A stretch of DNA of 64,000 nucleotides from an uncultured candidate division Zixibacteria bacterium (GCA_963713865.1 OY970208.1:736001-800000); one strand, 5' to 3'. Counted from the first letter of the stretch, positions 44,090 to 55,414 are shown. Notes: a model not told the origin generated them from the sequence alone. Made by a program: numbers and translations.

Positions 44090-44585
44090 CTTCAGCCTCC
44101 CTTCATAAGGTTAGCTTTACTATAACTATTTTTAAGAGACCTGCTAATTTTTCGAAATCGTAGGATTCTCAACGGAGGAAAGATCCATAAACCATTGGCA
44201 CCGGGAAGTAAGATATAGTGTTGTTCTCAAGCCTGGTTTATTACTTATGCTTATAATGTTTTTACCCCTCCCTCACAGATCACATCACCGTTTGGACATA
44301 CAAATAATGTGCCTGAAATTAACTTGATAGTTAGTAAGCAGTTAGCTTCTAAAAGATATCAAAAAACTGCTCACTATTTGAACAGTTTTAAAGCTTTTCT
44401 GTTTGTTCCTGATGTAAGTTCATATTTTGAAATAGTTTAATGTATAATAAGACGTCTGAACCATAGCTTTACATCTTTTCCAAAATGACCTCTTCTTCTA
44501 AAAAGAGCTTGACAATATCAAAAAGGATGATTATTTAATCCAGTGGGAAGTTGAATTAGCAATTATTCATAGGAAAGGAGAAGTT

Positions 44586-45995
44586 ATGAGAAAATCGATT
44601 TTGATTTTGCTTATTATCTTTTTCGGATTATTTACTCTGCCTCTCTTTGCTCAGGATCCAGGTATTGCTGATACAGTCAGATTGGCAACTATCTCTGGAG
44701 AAATCGGAACCCAGGTCTCTTTTCCGGTGTTCTTAGATAACGATGAAGAGTTGATCTCAGTAGTCATCCCGCTTTTGGTGAACGGATATTCTGGCTGGCT
44801 AAGATTCGATTCGGTCTCTTATGAGGGGAGTCGTCTATTAGACCCTCTAGTATTGGATCACCGAAAAACATATGTCTTCGATTCCGACACTTTCACCTTT
44901 GACAATTTGCTTTTATCTTTCTCTATCTCTTCTGGAAATAGTTTACCTGCTGGAGCAGGCAAGCTCTGCAATCTCTGGTTTACCTTGCATTTTGGCGGTG
45001 GGGTTTTAGTGGATTCCTTGCCTGATTCACCCCAGGGAAAACTACTGCTCACTGATTCAAACCAGCACTCTTTTACCCCACAATTCTTTTCCGGTCTGAT
45101 TGAGATTGCCTGTAACTATATGGTCGGGGATGTTGACCAGGATGGAAAAGTATCTATCTCTGATGTTATATCCATCGATAACATCTGGGAGTATGATTAT
45201 CATCTCAATTCTTATCCTGTTTACGACCGGTATGGTCGGGCAGACCTGAAGTGTGACCGCAGGTTAGATTTGCGCGATATCACCTATCTCTGCGGTTATC
45301 TTTTTCGGGGTTTTCCGCCACCATGTACCTGTGGAACTACCAATCCATCATATTATAATGATCCGGCACTTCCGGATACGGTCTGGGTTGAAAACAAAAC
45401 CCTGAGAGCAGGGATTCCTTCTTCGATTTGCATGGGTATAATCAATGATGAGCTTTTAAGCGGTTTGGAATTGAGATTCGAGATAGACGGGAACGCTGTG
45501 CTTGAGTGGGATGCGGATAGCGGGTTGGTACCAACTAACCGTTTAAAGGCTTTTACGCGTTGGGGTGGCGGTGAGCATGCTGATAGTATCAATCCGGAAA
45601 ACTTCAATCTATTCGCCTGGGGATATTTGGTTAATTTTACACCTGGAAGAGAGGCAGTTTGTTGTCCAGTTTTCACTCCCAAATCAGCTGGAACAGCAAC
45701 TTTCCATTTAATCCGCTGGGTGAACGGCAGTGAATCTATGCTGGTCACAGAGGATAATGCGGCCATCTTGCCTGCCTTATACGGTGGAACTATCACGGTA
45801 CTACCTGATCCAAATCACGATGGGATATTCAGCATTGCGGATGTGGTCTATTTGGTTGATTACCTGTTCAAGGGTGGGCCTGGACTCGATCCCTATGAAT
45901 CAGGAGATATGAATTGTGACGGTAAAGTATCTGTCAGCGATGTGGTCTATTTAATTAATTATCTTTTCAAAGGCGGACCACCGCCAGGGTGCTGA
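44586..45995 (+). CDS. Secreted protein with cohesin-like domains and two dockerin-like modules
   Basis: Signal peptide, QDPGIADTV, GDVDQDGKVSISDV, C-terminal [28 protein letters not shown]. Confidence 0.75.
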   Translation: MRKSILILLIIFFGLFTLPLFAQDPGIADTVRLATISGEIGTQVSFPVFLDNDEELISVVIPLLVNGYSGWLRFDSVSYEGSRLLDPLVLDHRKTYVFDSDTFTFDNLLLSFSISSGNSLPAGAGKLCNLWFTLHFGGGVLVDSLPDSPQGKLLLTDSNQHSFTPQFFSGLIEIACNYMVGDVDQDGKVSISDVISIDNIWEYDYHLNSYPVYDRYGRADLKCDRRLDLRDITYLCGYLFRGFPPPCTCGTTNPSYYNDPALPDTVWVENKTLRAGIPSSICMGIINDELLSGLELRFEIDGNAVLEWDADSGLVPTNRLKAFTRWGGGEHADSINPENFNLFAWGYLVNFTPGREAVCCPVFTPKSAGTATFHLIRWVNGSESMLVTEDNAAILPALYGGTITVLPDPNHDGIFSIADVVYLVDYLFKGGPGLDPYESGDMNCDGKVSVSDVVYLINYLFKGGPPPGC

Positions 45996-46311
45996 AATAT
46001 AGTTTGATGTTTGTTCGTTTGGCGTTTGTTAGTAGGGGTTAGTTTCAAACCAGCCCCTAACTACTTATTATTTAATGGATTAAAGGCTAAGCTATCCACC
46101 TCAGTTGAATCGCATATAGTTAATTCCCCAAATACGACTTTTTTAATCTTGTTTATAACTTGACAGAATTTAAAAACTCATTATATTAAAGTTGAAGCAG
46201 GTTGTTTAACGTTCTTTTAACACAAGTAGTTTAATAGTGCAATAGTGAGGGGATGTTCTCATCCCCGTTATTTTTACCCGGGATGATACCATTCCAAAGC
46301 GAGTAAACCTA

Positions 46312-48297
46312 ATGGGAATAATAATGACAGTAAATAATAAATTCAATTATCTTCTGAAACAGGGTGAGAATATAACCAGATTAAAGATTATAATCCTGTC
46401 AGGATTTTTGATTTTTTCAATACCTGTATCAGTCTTTTCTCAGACGATAATCAAATCCTTCCCTGCTCCAGGTGCTGAGCCCAGGGGCTTAGCCTGGGAT
46501 GGGTCCTATCTCTGGTGTGCTGAATATTTCTCTGGGAAAATATACAAACTGGACCCTTCCAACGGTGCAAAAGTTGATTCCGTTTCCTTTCAGATAATGG
46601 GCGATTATGGAGGTATTACCTGGGGTAATAATGGTCAACTCTGGGTAGCTAATGGCAGTTATGTTTATGAAATAAATCCGGTTTCAGGTGATACCATCTC
46701 TTCTTTTCATTGCCCTGGGGGATGAGGTGCTACTTCCTGTGGACTGACCCGTGTGGCCAGCAACCTTTGGGGCTCAGATCGTAACTTGCTTCTTGTCAGG
46801 AAGATGACAACTTCAGGGGCACAGCTTTTCACCTTTAGTTTAGACATGGATAACCCGAAGGATTTAGCAAATGATAGTACAGACCTATGGTTGGTCACCT
46901 CTGATGGAAAGTTATTTAAATATAATCAAAATGGTGAGGTAGTGGATTCAATTATAGGTTTATTATCCAGCGGATGGGGATTAACCTGGGAGAACAAGCA
47001 TTTATGGGTGTCAGACCCTTCTTCTGACTCCATCTATGAGGTAAAATTGCCTCAATATAAGAATATTAGTGCTGACAGTGTTAAGAACTGGATAGAGAGT
47101 GGAGCTAATCTGGTAATACTGGACGTCAGGGAACTGTATGAGTTTGAAAGTTATGGCAGAATTCCAGATGCTATAAATCTTCCCTGGAATTCAGGTGTTC
47201 TGGACACAGCCTATACCCGGTTTTCTCTGAATGATACCATAATTGTGGTCTGCCATAGTGGCAACCGAAGTGCCCAGGCAAGCAATTTCCTGGATGGAAA
47301 AGGATTCCAAAATGTCTATAATATGTTAGGAGGAATGAACGTTTGGCATTACCCTGTAGAGGTTGGAGGACACATTTCTGAGAACGTTACCTGGGGAAAA
47401 GATAAAAGTCCTTTCATTGCAGTGGCAGATATTGTTCTCGATAGTGGCAAAACCCTTACCCTTGAGCCCGGAGTAAATTTAGAATTTGATGGATTCTTCT
47501 CTTTAGATGCTTATGGTAACCTTATAGCCCAGGGGACCCTCGATAGTAATATCAACTTTACATCCTATAATTTATTTTCGTCTAGATGGGAAGGAATCAG
47601 TATTTTTAAAGGCAGTAATAGCTATTTCACCTATTGCAGAATCGATAGTATAGAAAATGGAATCTTGTGTCTTAACTCCTCTCCTATCATTGAAAATTCA
47701 TGGATTATCGGTAATCAGAACTGTTTACATCTTTCTGGTACTTTTGCCAATCCCCCGATTTACAATTGCAAATTGCAAGCAGCAGTTAACAGCTCTGCTA
47801 TATTAATCCTGTGTGATTCTTCATCAGCTCCCACCATCACTTACTGCAGTATTATGGATGGGTTAAAAGGTATGGTCTCTAAAAATGGCTCTAATCCAAA
47901 GTTGAATTACGATAATATATATAACAATAATGATTATGGTGTATTAAATGAAGATTCCTCAGTGATTGTAGATGCAAAATATAACTGGTGGGGGCACAAA
48001 AGTGGTCCCTTTGATCCTGTAGATAATCCTGATGGGCAGGGTAACCGGGTGAGCCAGCGGGTTGATTATATCCCCTGGCTCCAGATCATTTTCCTCTATG
48101 TTTGCGGAGATGCGAATTCTGATTCTTCAACTACGGTTTCGGATGTGGTTTATCTCATAAACTATCTGTTCAAGGGTGGTCCTGCTCCTGATCCGATTCA
48201 AAAGGTAGATGTAAACAGTGATGGCAAAGTAACCGTCAGCGATGTGGTCTATCTGATCAATTATCTTTTCAAAAGTGGACCAGCACCCTGTGGTTGA
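46312..48297 (+). CDS. Secreted beta-propeller + rhodanese + beta-helix + dockerin protein, candidate selenoprotein (in-frame TGA 46723-46725)
   Basis: ORFs 46312..46725 and 46753..48297 share a frame: SFHCPGG-(TGA)-GATSCGLTRVASNLW; rhodanese LDVRE..VVCHSGNRS; dockerin tail; start uncertain. Confidence 0.7.
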
Positions 48298-48527
48298 TTT
48301 AAAAATTAATCTTTTTAACTAAATAGCAAGATTTTATTCTATTTCAAAACCTATCGTAACCTTTAACCGATTTCCATCCAGAGTTATCAGTTATCATGAA
48401 TCATTAAAGGGATTATACTTAGTCCCTTAATAGAGCAGGATAAGTGAACGAAAAAAGTCCAGGTCATTCAGTTGAAAAACCTCTATCCCTAAATGAGGAA
48501 TTACTTCTTATTATTAAAGCTGGATGG

Positions 48528-49301
48528 TTAAGAGGAATCCTTTGGTTCTTCCGTTTGTGGATTTAAAGGTGGTTCATATTCCTCTAAGGTTAGAAAACCA
48601 TATTTTAACATCCGGTTCAGGATTATCTTTCTTCTTCTCTCAAATCTTTTACTGTCTGAGGTGGGAGGGTATTTTCGGGGAAAGGGGAGGGAAGTTGCCA
48701 TCCGGATAGCCTCATTTGGCGTAAGGTCTGAAGAGGATTTTCCAAAATAGGATCGGGAAGCCGCCTCACAGCCATAGATTCCATCTCCCCATTCAATTAA
48801 ATTTAAATATAGTTCAAAAATTCTTCTTTTGCTTAATGCTTTTTCCAGGCGGAAAGCGATTAAGATCTCTTTCAGTTTTCTCAAAGGGTTTTTAGAAGGT
48901 GAAAGGTAAAGATTTTTAGCTAATTGCTGAGTGATCGTAGAAGCTCCTCGTGAAAATTTCTTCTTCTTCCAGTCGATCTTCAAAGACTCTTTCATCTCCT
49001 CCAGGTCTATGCCGCTGTGGGTAAAAAAATTTATGTCTTCTCCTACTAAGATTGCTTTCTTTAAATAAGGCGAGATCTGGCTATAAGGCACCCAGAGGTG
49101 ATGTTCTCTGGTTTTTTTCCCTTTTTTAATATATTCTTTGTTCCTTATCTGGATTAAAGAGGTAGTTTTGGGATTTTCCCTTTGTAGATATTTTACATCT
49201 GGCAGTGTCAGGTATTCGATAAGAAGGATAAGAACGAAAACCAGAATTAACCCCGAGATCACGTAACGCCATTTGAATTTTTTCGGTTTTAGAAAGCTCA
49301 T
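48528..49301 (-). CDS. mtgA: Monofunctional biosynthetic peptidoglycan transglycosylase
   Basis: EDINFFTHSGID, RGASTITQQLAKNL, RKLKE, YLNLIEWG. Confidence 0.92.
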   Translation of the reverse strand: MSFLKPKKFKWRYVISGLILVFVLILLIEYLTLPDVKYLQRENPKTTSLIQIRNKEYIKKGKKTREHHLWVPYSQISPYLKKAILVGEDINFFTHSGIDLEEMKESLKIDWKKKKFSRGASTITQQLAKNLYLSPSKNPLRKLKEILIAFRLEKALSKRRIFELYLNLIEWGDGIYGCEAASRSYFGKSSSDLTPNEAIRMATSLPFPRKYPPTSDSKRFERRRKIILNRMLKYGFLTLEEYEPPLNPQTEEPKDSS

Positions 49302-49532
49302 AACTTCTATTTGGAGTGTGAAGCTTTAGCTTTACCCTTGGTCAATCTAAAGATTGACACTCCAGAGAAAAAAACGACTTGATAAATCAAGCAACTACAA
49401 ATCTAAGGCTTTATTTTAAACTATTAAGTAGAAAACTGCAACAGGATTTTATTATCTAATTTTATGTTTTATAGGCAGGTTGTATAGGTAGTAGTTGTAG
49501 GCGCGGGTTTGGAACCCGCACCTACAAAAAAA

Positions 49533-50793
49533 TTATTTTTTGGCATTTGGTCCTCCATAAGTTCCAATATCGCTTACGCTTCCATCCGGATCGGTTAAAA
49601 AGGGATTGCCTTTGTCGATCAAGGGGGAGGTCGGTTTTAGATGAAAATCTTGCTGGTTTTCGAGAAGAGGGTCAACTGATAAATTTCCGTTCTGCTCAGT
49701 TAAGTCTGGCAGGTCTTTATAGTTCCCGGCATTATTATTCCAGAACATCATTATAGGTTATGGAGAAGTTCGGATTTATATCTGTTGCCCAGATACCCAC
49801 ACAGGGGCAGACCCACTCTTTTCTCCAGCCATTTTCAGTGATAATATTATTTGTGCAGACCCCCTTGCACTCTGCGCTCCAGACTGCAAAGCCGCAGTTT
49901 CCATTGTGAGTGATAATATTATTGGATGCATCCATATAGGATGTGCCGGTGGCGATTATCCCCCAGCCTAGGTTTTCGTGCACTAAATTATTTCGGACAA
50001 CAGCTCTGGAATCACCAAAAGTCCCTATCCCCTTCCAGTAGCCGGAAATTTGATTCCGGTAAACTGTTGCGGTTGCATCCCAGGTTATTCCTATACCTGC
50101 TCCTCTTCCATCACAGATTATATTATCTGTAATGTAGGCAGTTGCTCCCCGATACAATGCCACTCCGTCCCAGCCATTGTTCTGAATCCGGTTATTCAAA
50201 ATAAATATCTCTGAGTTTTCTCTTCCAAAGATACCTCCAACTCCAACCACCACCCCTTCTATTTTATTAGTGTTATCTGAGATTTCCACCTCTTTAACTG
50301 TAACCGTGCTGAATTTGGTAACGATACCAGCATCTGTAGCATTTCCGTCCGGGTCCCTTTTACCCCCGGTTATTTTCAAGTCCGTGATAAGTGAATTTAG
50401 GCTGTTTTCAAATAAAACTCCATATCCAGCATTTGTGATTAAAATGGTCTTCTCTTTTCCACTACCGATTAGGCTCAAGCCTTTATTTTGAATTAAAAAG
50501 CCTCTGGTAGCGTTCACTTTCGTTTTATGTTCCTGACAATTGCCGCATAATTCTTCCATATATTCTTCTGGTTTTGCCTCATACGTTCCCGGAAGAATAA
50601 AGATGGTATCTCCATCCTTTGCCTGATCAAAGGCATATTGTAAATCCCTGAAGGGCTCCTCTTTTGTCCCGTTCCCGGTTATTTTATCCTTAAGGACATC
50701 TACATACCAGGTTCTTTGAGTTTGAGCAGATAAGTTTGTCATCGATATTAAAAGAAAAACAGAGAGTATTATTAATCGAGATAAGCATCTCAT
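49533..50793 (-). pseudogene. Secreted right-handed parallel beta-helix protein, frameshifted near 49745
   Basis: ..ITYNDV continues as WNNNAGNY..GNLSVDPL..DFHLKPTSPLID in ORF 49533..49751 if one base is removed; pseudogene or sequence error. Confidence 0.7.
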
Positions 50794-50893
50794 ACTCTGA
50801 TCCTTTTTTAAAGGTTTTTCAAAGCTACATGCTACTTGCTACAGGCTACTGGCTTATTTAAAAGCTACCTGCTACAAGCTACATACTATTAGC

Positions 50894-51886
50894 TTATTTC
50901 GTTATCTCCAGAATCTTTTTAATTATTTTTTCATCCTTTGGCAATAAATCTACTGAAGGAAGTCTTTTGACCAGCTCTTTCCAGATCGGTTCTTTTTCAA
51001 AAATCTCTTTAAATATGGGCAAAGATTCATCCACCAGATTGTTGTTCACTAAGGCAGTCGCCTCCCAGAATTTTAACTCTATACTCTCAGGATACAATCT
51101 CTTTGCCTCTCCATATTCTTTCAGCGCAGTTTTGAGGTCTTTCTTTTCTAAGGCCAGGTCACCCAAATCCGAATGATGGTAGGCTTCTGCTATCTTGACC
51201 AATCTTCTGAGCTCTTTTAGAGGTTCAGGATTATCCTCCACCCTTAAATCGAGAATTTTATCCTGCCAGGGCTTGCCAGATGATTTCCCTTTAACGATTA
51301 AGATTGCAGCAGACTGTTTTCCTCTTATATCCCCTCCTTCTGCCTGAGCCGCATCCAGGGCGGAAAGCATCCTCTCAGCTAAATTTCCTTTAGTATTCTC
51401 AAAGGCTTTAGCCATAGCAGGCCAGACCTTGTCATTTAACATCAGGTTTGCCTGAACCGAATAGTTTTTACCAATGATATGACCCGCAGAGGGGATACAT
51501 TTGTCTCCAGTATGAGTGGCGACATTTCCTGAGGCATCGATCATCGCTACCTGGCGAACCGCATTATTCTTATCACCTGCAAGTAAAGCTTGCAGGGCTT
51601 CAGGGGCAGTTTTGCCAGCTCTCATTAAATCCAGACCTAAAGGGCCATAAGATATATCAACTAAAGATTGAGTAGCAACTACGCCCACCCCTGCCTCAGC
51701 CCAGGGGACTACCGGTCCAACTGAGAAATAGTGGGATTGAACCGCAACTCCCATTTCACCAGTTATGGTATCCCGGGCAACGATAGAATAGGTGTGACAA
51801 GGATAGGAATTGAATTCCTGCGAAGGTGAAGAATTGTAAGATAAAAACAGAATCGAGAATCCTAAAATGATTTCTTTATAATTCAC
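50894..51886 (-). CDS. DUF1028 (Ntn-hydrolase-like) protein with C-terminal TPR
   Basis: HTYSIVARD..GVAVQS, GGDIRGKQSAA, DLRVED..PL.EL.RL. Confidence 0.85.
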   Translation of the reverse strand: MNYKEIILGFSILFLSYNSSPSQEFNSYPCHTYSIVARDTITGEMGVAVQSHYFSVGPVVPWAEAGVGVVATQSLVDISYGPLGLDLMRAGKTAPEALQALLAGDKNNAVRQVAMIDASGNVATHTGDKCIPSAGHIIGKNYSVQANLMLNDKVWPAMAKAFENTKGNLAERMLSALDAAQAEGGDIRGKQSAAILIVKGKSSGKPWQDKILDLRVEDNPEPLKELRRLVKIAEAYHHSDLGDLALEKKDLKTALKEYGEAKRLYPESIELKFWEATALVNNNLVDESLPIFKEIFEKEPIWKELVKRLPSVDLLPKDEKIIKKILEITK

Positions 51887-52306
51887 CTTTACCTCCTTAG
51901 AAGAATTTTAAACATCCCACCTTGTGGGTAAGGTGGGAATACCGATTTGTGGATGGTCTGACTTAATCGGTAAACCCGGGTTGCCCACAACCTGGGTTAA
52001 GCATAACAATTTCAAAATATGGTATTATTTTGAAAAAAGAATGTCAAGATAAAGTTGAGAGGTCTCTGAAAAACTCAAATCTGCAGGGCTGGGAACCCTG
52101 CCTACGAGCCTGCTGGGTTCGATAAATCGAACACCTACATTCTGATTCGTAGGGGCTTGATTTATCAAGCCTAAGTGCTTTTTCTATTTGACAATCTGGT
52201 GATTACTCCATTTATTAAAGTTGTTGAATATTCAACTCGATAGGTCGATAAAATAATAAGACCATAGCAAAAATATTATTGGAGAAATAAACTAAAGAGA
52301 ACTAAA

Positions 52307-53260
52307 ATGTCAAAGAATTTTGCGATATCTGGTGTGGCGGGATATATTGCTCCACGCCATTTGAAAGCGATAAAGGAAACAGGTAATAGATTAATGGCAG
52401 CAGTAGACCCCCATGATTCGGTCGGTCTTCTGGATAGTTACTTCGAAGACGTTAGCTTTTTCAAGGAATTCGAAAGGTTCGACCGGCATATCGAAAAACT
52501 GCGCCGACAGGGTGAAGACCAGCACGTGCATTACGTTAGCATCTGCTCTCCTAATTACCTGCACGATGCCCACTGCCGTTTTACCCTGCGGGTGGGAGCG
52601 GATGCTATTTGTGAAAAGCCGGTGGTTCTTAACCCCTGGAATATCGATGCCCTGCAGGAATTAGAACAGGAAAGCGGTAGAAGAATATATACAGTTCTGC
52701 AGTTACGGGTACATCCTTCTTTGATTACACTAAAAGAGAAACTGCAGAAAGAGGGACAAACTTCTAAAAAAGAGATCAATCTCACCTATATTACCTCCCG
52801 CGGTCTATGGTATTTAATTTCCTGGAAAGGGCAGGTCGAACGCTCAGGTGGTCTGGCAACCAATATCGGCATTCATCTATTTGATCTTCTAATCTGGCTA
52901 TTCGGCAAGGTCGAACATTCAGAGGTTCATCTTTCTACACCAACTAAAACTGGCGGGTATATGGAACTGCAGGATGCACGAGTAAAATGGTTTCTCTCGA
53001 TTGATAAAAATGATCTGCCGGATGAGACAAAGGAGAAGGGTAAAACGACATATCGCTCAATCACCATTGACGGACAAAAAGTAGAGTTCTCCGAAGGGTT
53101 CACCGATTTGCATACCATCGTTTATAGAGAAACTTTAGCAGGTAGAGGGTTTGGTTTAGAAGATGCCCGCCCCTCAGTGATCTTAGCCCATGATATAAGG
53201 AATGCTAAGATAATTGGAATAAATGAGAATTCCCACCCGTTGGTGAAGAAGATTCTATAA
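52307..53260 (+). CDS. Gfo/Idh/MocA oxidoreductase, WbpB-like UDP-sugar dehydrogenase
   Basis: G.AGYIAPRH, SICSPNYLHDAH, ICEKP, TNIGIH.FD, EFSEGFTDLH. Confidence 0.88.
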   Translation: MSKNFAISGVAGYIAPRHLKAIKETGNRLMAAVDPHDSVGLLDSYFEDVSFFKEFERFDRHIEKLRRQGEDQHVHYVSICSPNYLHDAHCRFTLRVGADAICEKPVVLNPWNIDALQELEQESGRRIYTVLQLRVHPSLITLKEKLQKEGQTSKKEINLTYITSRGLWYLISWKGQVERSGGLATNIGIHLFDLLIWLFGKVEHSEVHLSTPTKTGGYMELQDARVKWFLSIDKNDLPDETKEKGKTTYRSITIDGQKVEFSEGFTDLHTIVYRETLAGRGFGLEDARPSVILAHDIRNAKIIGINENSHPLVKKIL

Positions 53261-53392
53261 ATTACGATTAATCAAACTAACAAGGGTTTAATAAATCAAG
53301 CTCCTACAGAAAAATATTTGTCGGGGTTCGATTTATCGAACCCCGAATCTCTTACCAACACAAGTTTATTTATGAATAAACAAATAAAAAAC

Positions 53393-53773
53393 TGGAGGCG
53401 GTGGGAATCGAACCCACGTCCGAAGATAAGAATCAAAGGACATCTACAGGCTTAGCTTAGTCTTTTCCCCTCCCACCAGAGGCAGGAGAGAATTTGTCCC
53501 GGGGAAGACCGACAAGCAGGTTTAACCCGGAACTATCCTGGTTTTATTTCGCCCTCTTCCCCCAGGAGTAAAAAGAAGGCTATCCTGTTTTTCTCGACGC
53601 CTTAGTCCAAGCCAACAGGCAGGCTCAGGTAAGACGAGCTACCTTTTATTAGGCAGCCAGTGCGTACGAATAGTCGTTTGCACTTAGATTTGTTCCCAAT
53701 GGATTAACGAGGTTACTGGGTACCTCGGCCTGCTTTCCTTTACCCTTAGTCCCCGTCGAAACCGATCGCCCCC
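53393..53773 (-). ncRNA. ssrA: tmRNA, tag (A)ANDYSYALAA
   Basis: 5' GGGGGCGATCGGTTTCGAC and 3' GGTTCGATTCCCACCGCCTCCA form the Ala-type acceptor stem with G3:U; tag frame at 53681-53652 followed by TAA TAA; CCA not encoded. Confidence 0.95.
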
Positions 53774-54349
53774 ATAAAGGTGGCTAACTTCTAATTAAAT
53801 ATACGCTTGAGATTTAATAAAACAACAATATTTTTTAACAGAGTGCTCAGCAAATGATTTTTTAGAGTGCGAACGATGCTCCGGCTGGATGTCCATTTGG
53901 ATCCATAGGATTCTCATCCAGCAGAGAAAGGCGGAAGATAACATCTGCCTGGGAGCGGATATTTATGCCCGAGAAAATAAAAATATAACATTTTGTTTAT
54001 CGGCGGGCTTCTGTTTTCTATTAGGTTGACACTGTATATCAGACCTGCGGTTGATTTGCATGACATAGGGCAATAGCCGGTCTGCTACGTAAAACACATA
54101 TCTTTATCCCCCTTTATAAAAGGGGGGACTTAGGGGGATTTTTCAAATACACCTCTATTGGTGAATCTTAAAGTCGTAGGAAAGGTGTGACCAACACCGG
54201 GCTCCTAACTTACCGTTGCTTAGACTGGTTTTTGTTGCGTATTATCAAAGTGACAGGTTTTTCGGATTGTGCAATAATGTGCTTCGGGACCACCAGGGTA
54301 AGTTTTGCATCGAGGATTTCTGTTACCCGGCACTGCGAAAGGACAAAAA

Positions 54350-55207
54350 TTGACAGCTCCTACCTCGGCCATTATACTGATAGCGCTCCTAGGATTATTC
54401 CTGTTTTTTGCTTTGAGCAAAAGGCAATTTCGTAATTACCGGCGTAACCGACTTAAAAGCAAACCATTTCCGCCTGAATGGGAGGGCATCCTGAATCGGA
54501 ACGTTGTTCTTTATGGTTACCTTCCCGGCTCGCTAAAGAAAGAACTGCAAGGTCATATTCAAATCTTTTTGGGTGAAAAGATTTTTGAGGGATGCGGAGG
54601 GCTGGAAATAACCGACGAGATAAGAGTTACTATTGCAGCACAGGCGTGTATCTTATTGTTGAACCGGAAGCCCACCTACTATCCCACTCTTTACACCATT
54701 CTGGTATATCCCGGTGCTTATGTGGCTAAAAAAACCAAAGTTGTCGGTATGCAGCACTTTGAGGAGATGACTGTTCGTGCTGGAGAATCCTGGACCAGGG
54801 GGGAGGTCGTTCTGGCCTGGGATAATGTGAGGCAAGAGGCAATAGATCTTGCCGGGGGGCATAATGTGGTACTGCATGAATTTGCTCACCAGCTGGATCA
54901 AGAGGATGGAAGAGCAGACGGAGCCCCCATACTGGGGAAGCAAACCAGCTATAAGACCTGGGCTCGGGTCTTGAGTAAGGAATATCAAGATTTAAAGCGA
55001 AAAGCCCTCTCCGGCAGGCCTGATATTATGGATGCTTATGGAGCAACAAACCCGGCTGAGTTTTTTGCAGTCGCCACCGAAACTTTCTTTGAAAGACCAA
55101 AACAAATGAAACTCTCACATCGTGAACTCTATGAAGAACTGGAAAGTTACTATGGGCTGGATCCATTGAAGTGGTTTAATAAGGAAAACCAATACGATAA
55201 AGAGTAG
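54350..55207 (+). CDS. Zinc-dependent peptidase M90 / MtfA family
   Basis: IAAQAC, GESW, HNVVLHEFAHQLD, YGATNPAEFFAV; TTG 54350 follows GAAAGGA. Confidence 0.88.
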   Translation: MTAPTSAIILIALLGLFLFFALSKRQFRNYRRNRLKSKPFPPEWEGILNRNVVLYGYLPGSLKKELQGHIQIFLGEKIFEGCGGLEITDEIRVTIAAQACILLLNRKPTYYPTLYTILVYPGAYVAKKTKVVGMQHFEEMTVRAGESWTRGEVVLAWDNVRQEAIDLAGGHNVVLHEFAHQLDQEDGRADGAPILGKQTSYKTWARVLSKEYQDLKRKALSGRPDIMDAYGATNPAEFFAVATETFFERPKQMKLSHRELYEELESYYGLDPLKWFNKENQYDKE

Positions 55208-55414
55208 CGTCAGGAGCCTGGGACTCCTGACATACCGCCTGTCCTACCAGCTGGACTTACTGGTGTTTGTTTTTAATTTTGTTTAGCCATCCTGCGGGCA
55301 TGAATTCTGTGCATGCATCATATATTCATTCCCCATAAACGGTGGAGCTATTTTTTTCACCATTAAAGTTATAGTTCGAAGCTCACCATAAATGGAATTG
55401 CCTAGATTAGTGCT

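Noticed and set aside
46247-46296. Fluoride riboswitch in GGGGATGTTCTCATCCCC...
   Set aside because: Only a simple hairpin; the pseudoknot and conserved 3' motif are not convincing.
53260-53400. Prophage or island integrated at the tmRNA 3' end
   Set aside because: No adjacent integrase and no duplicated tmRNA 3' fragment seen in the window.
53393-53432. Stand-alone tRNA gene
   Set aside because: The T-arm and acceptor strand pair with a 5' end 380 nt away and enclose a tag frame, so this is the tmRNA.
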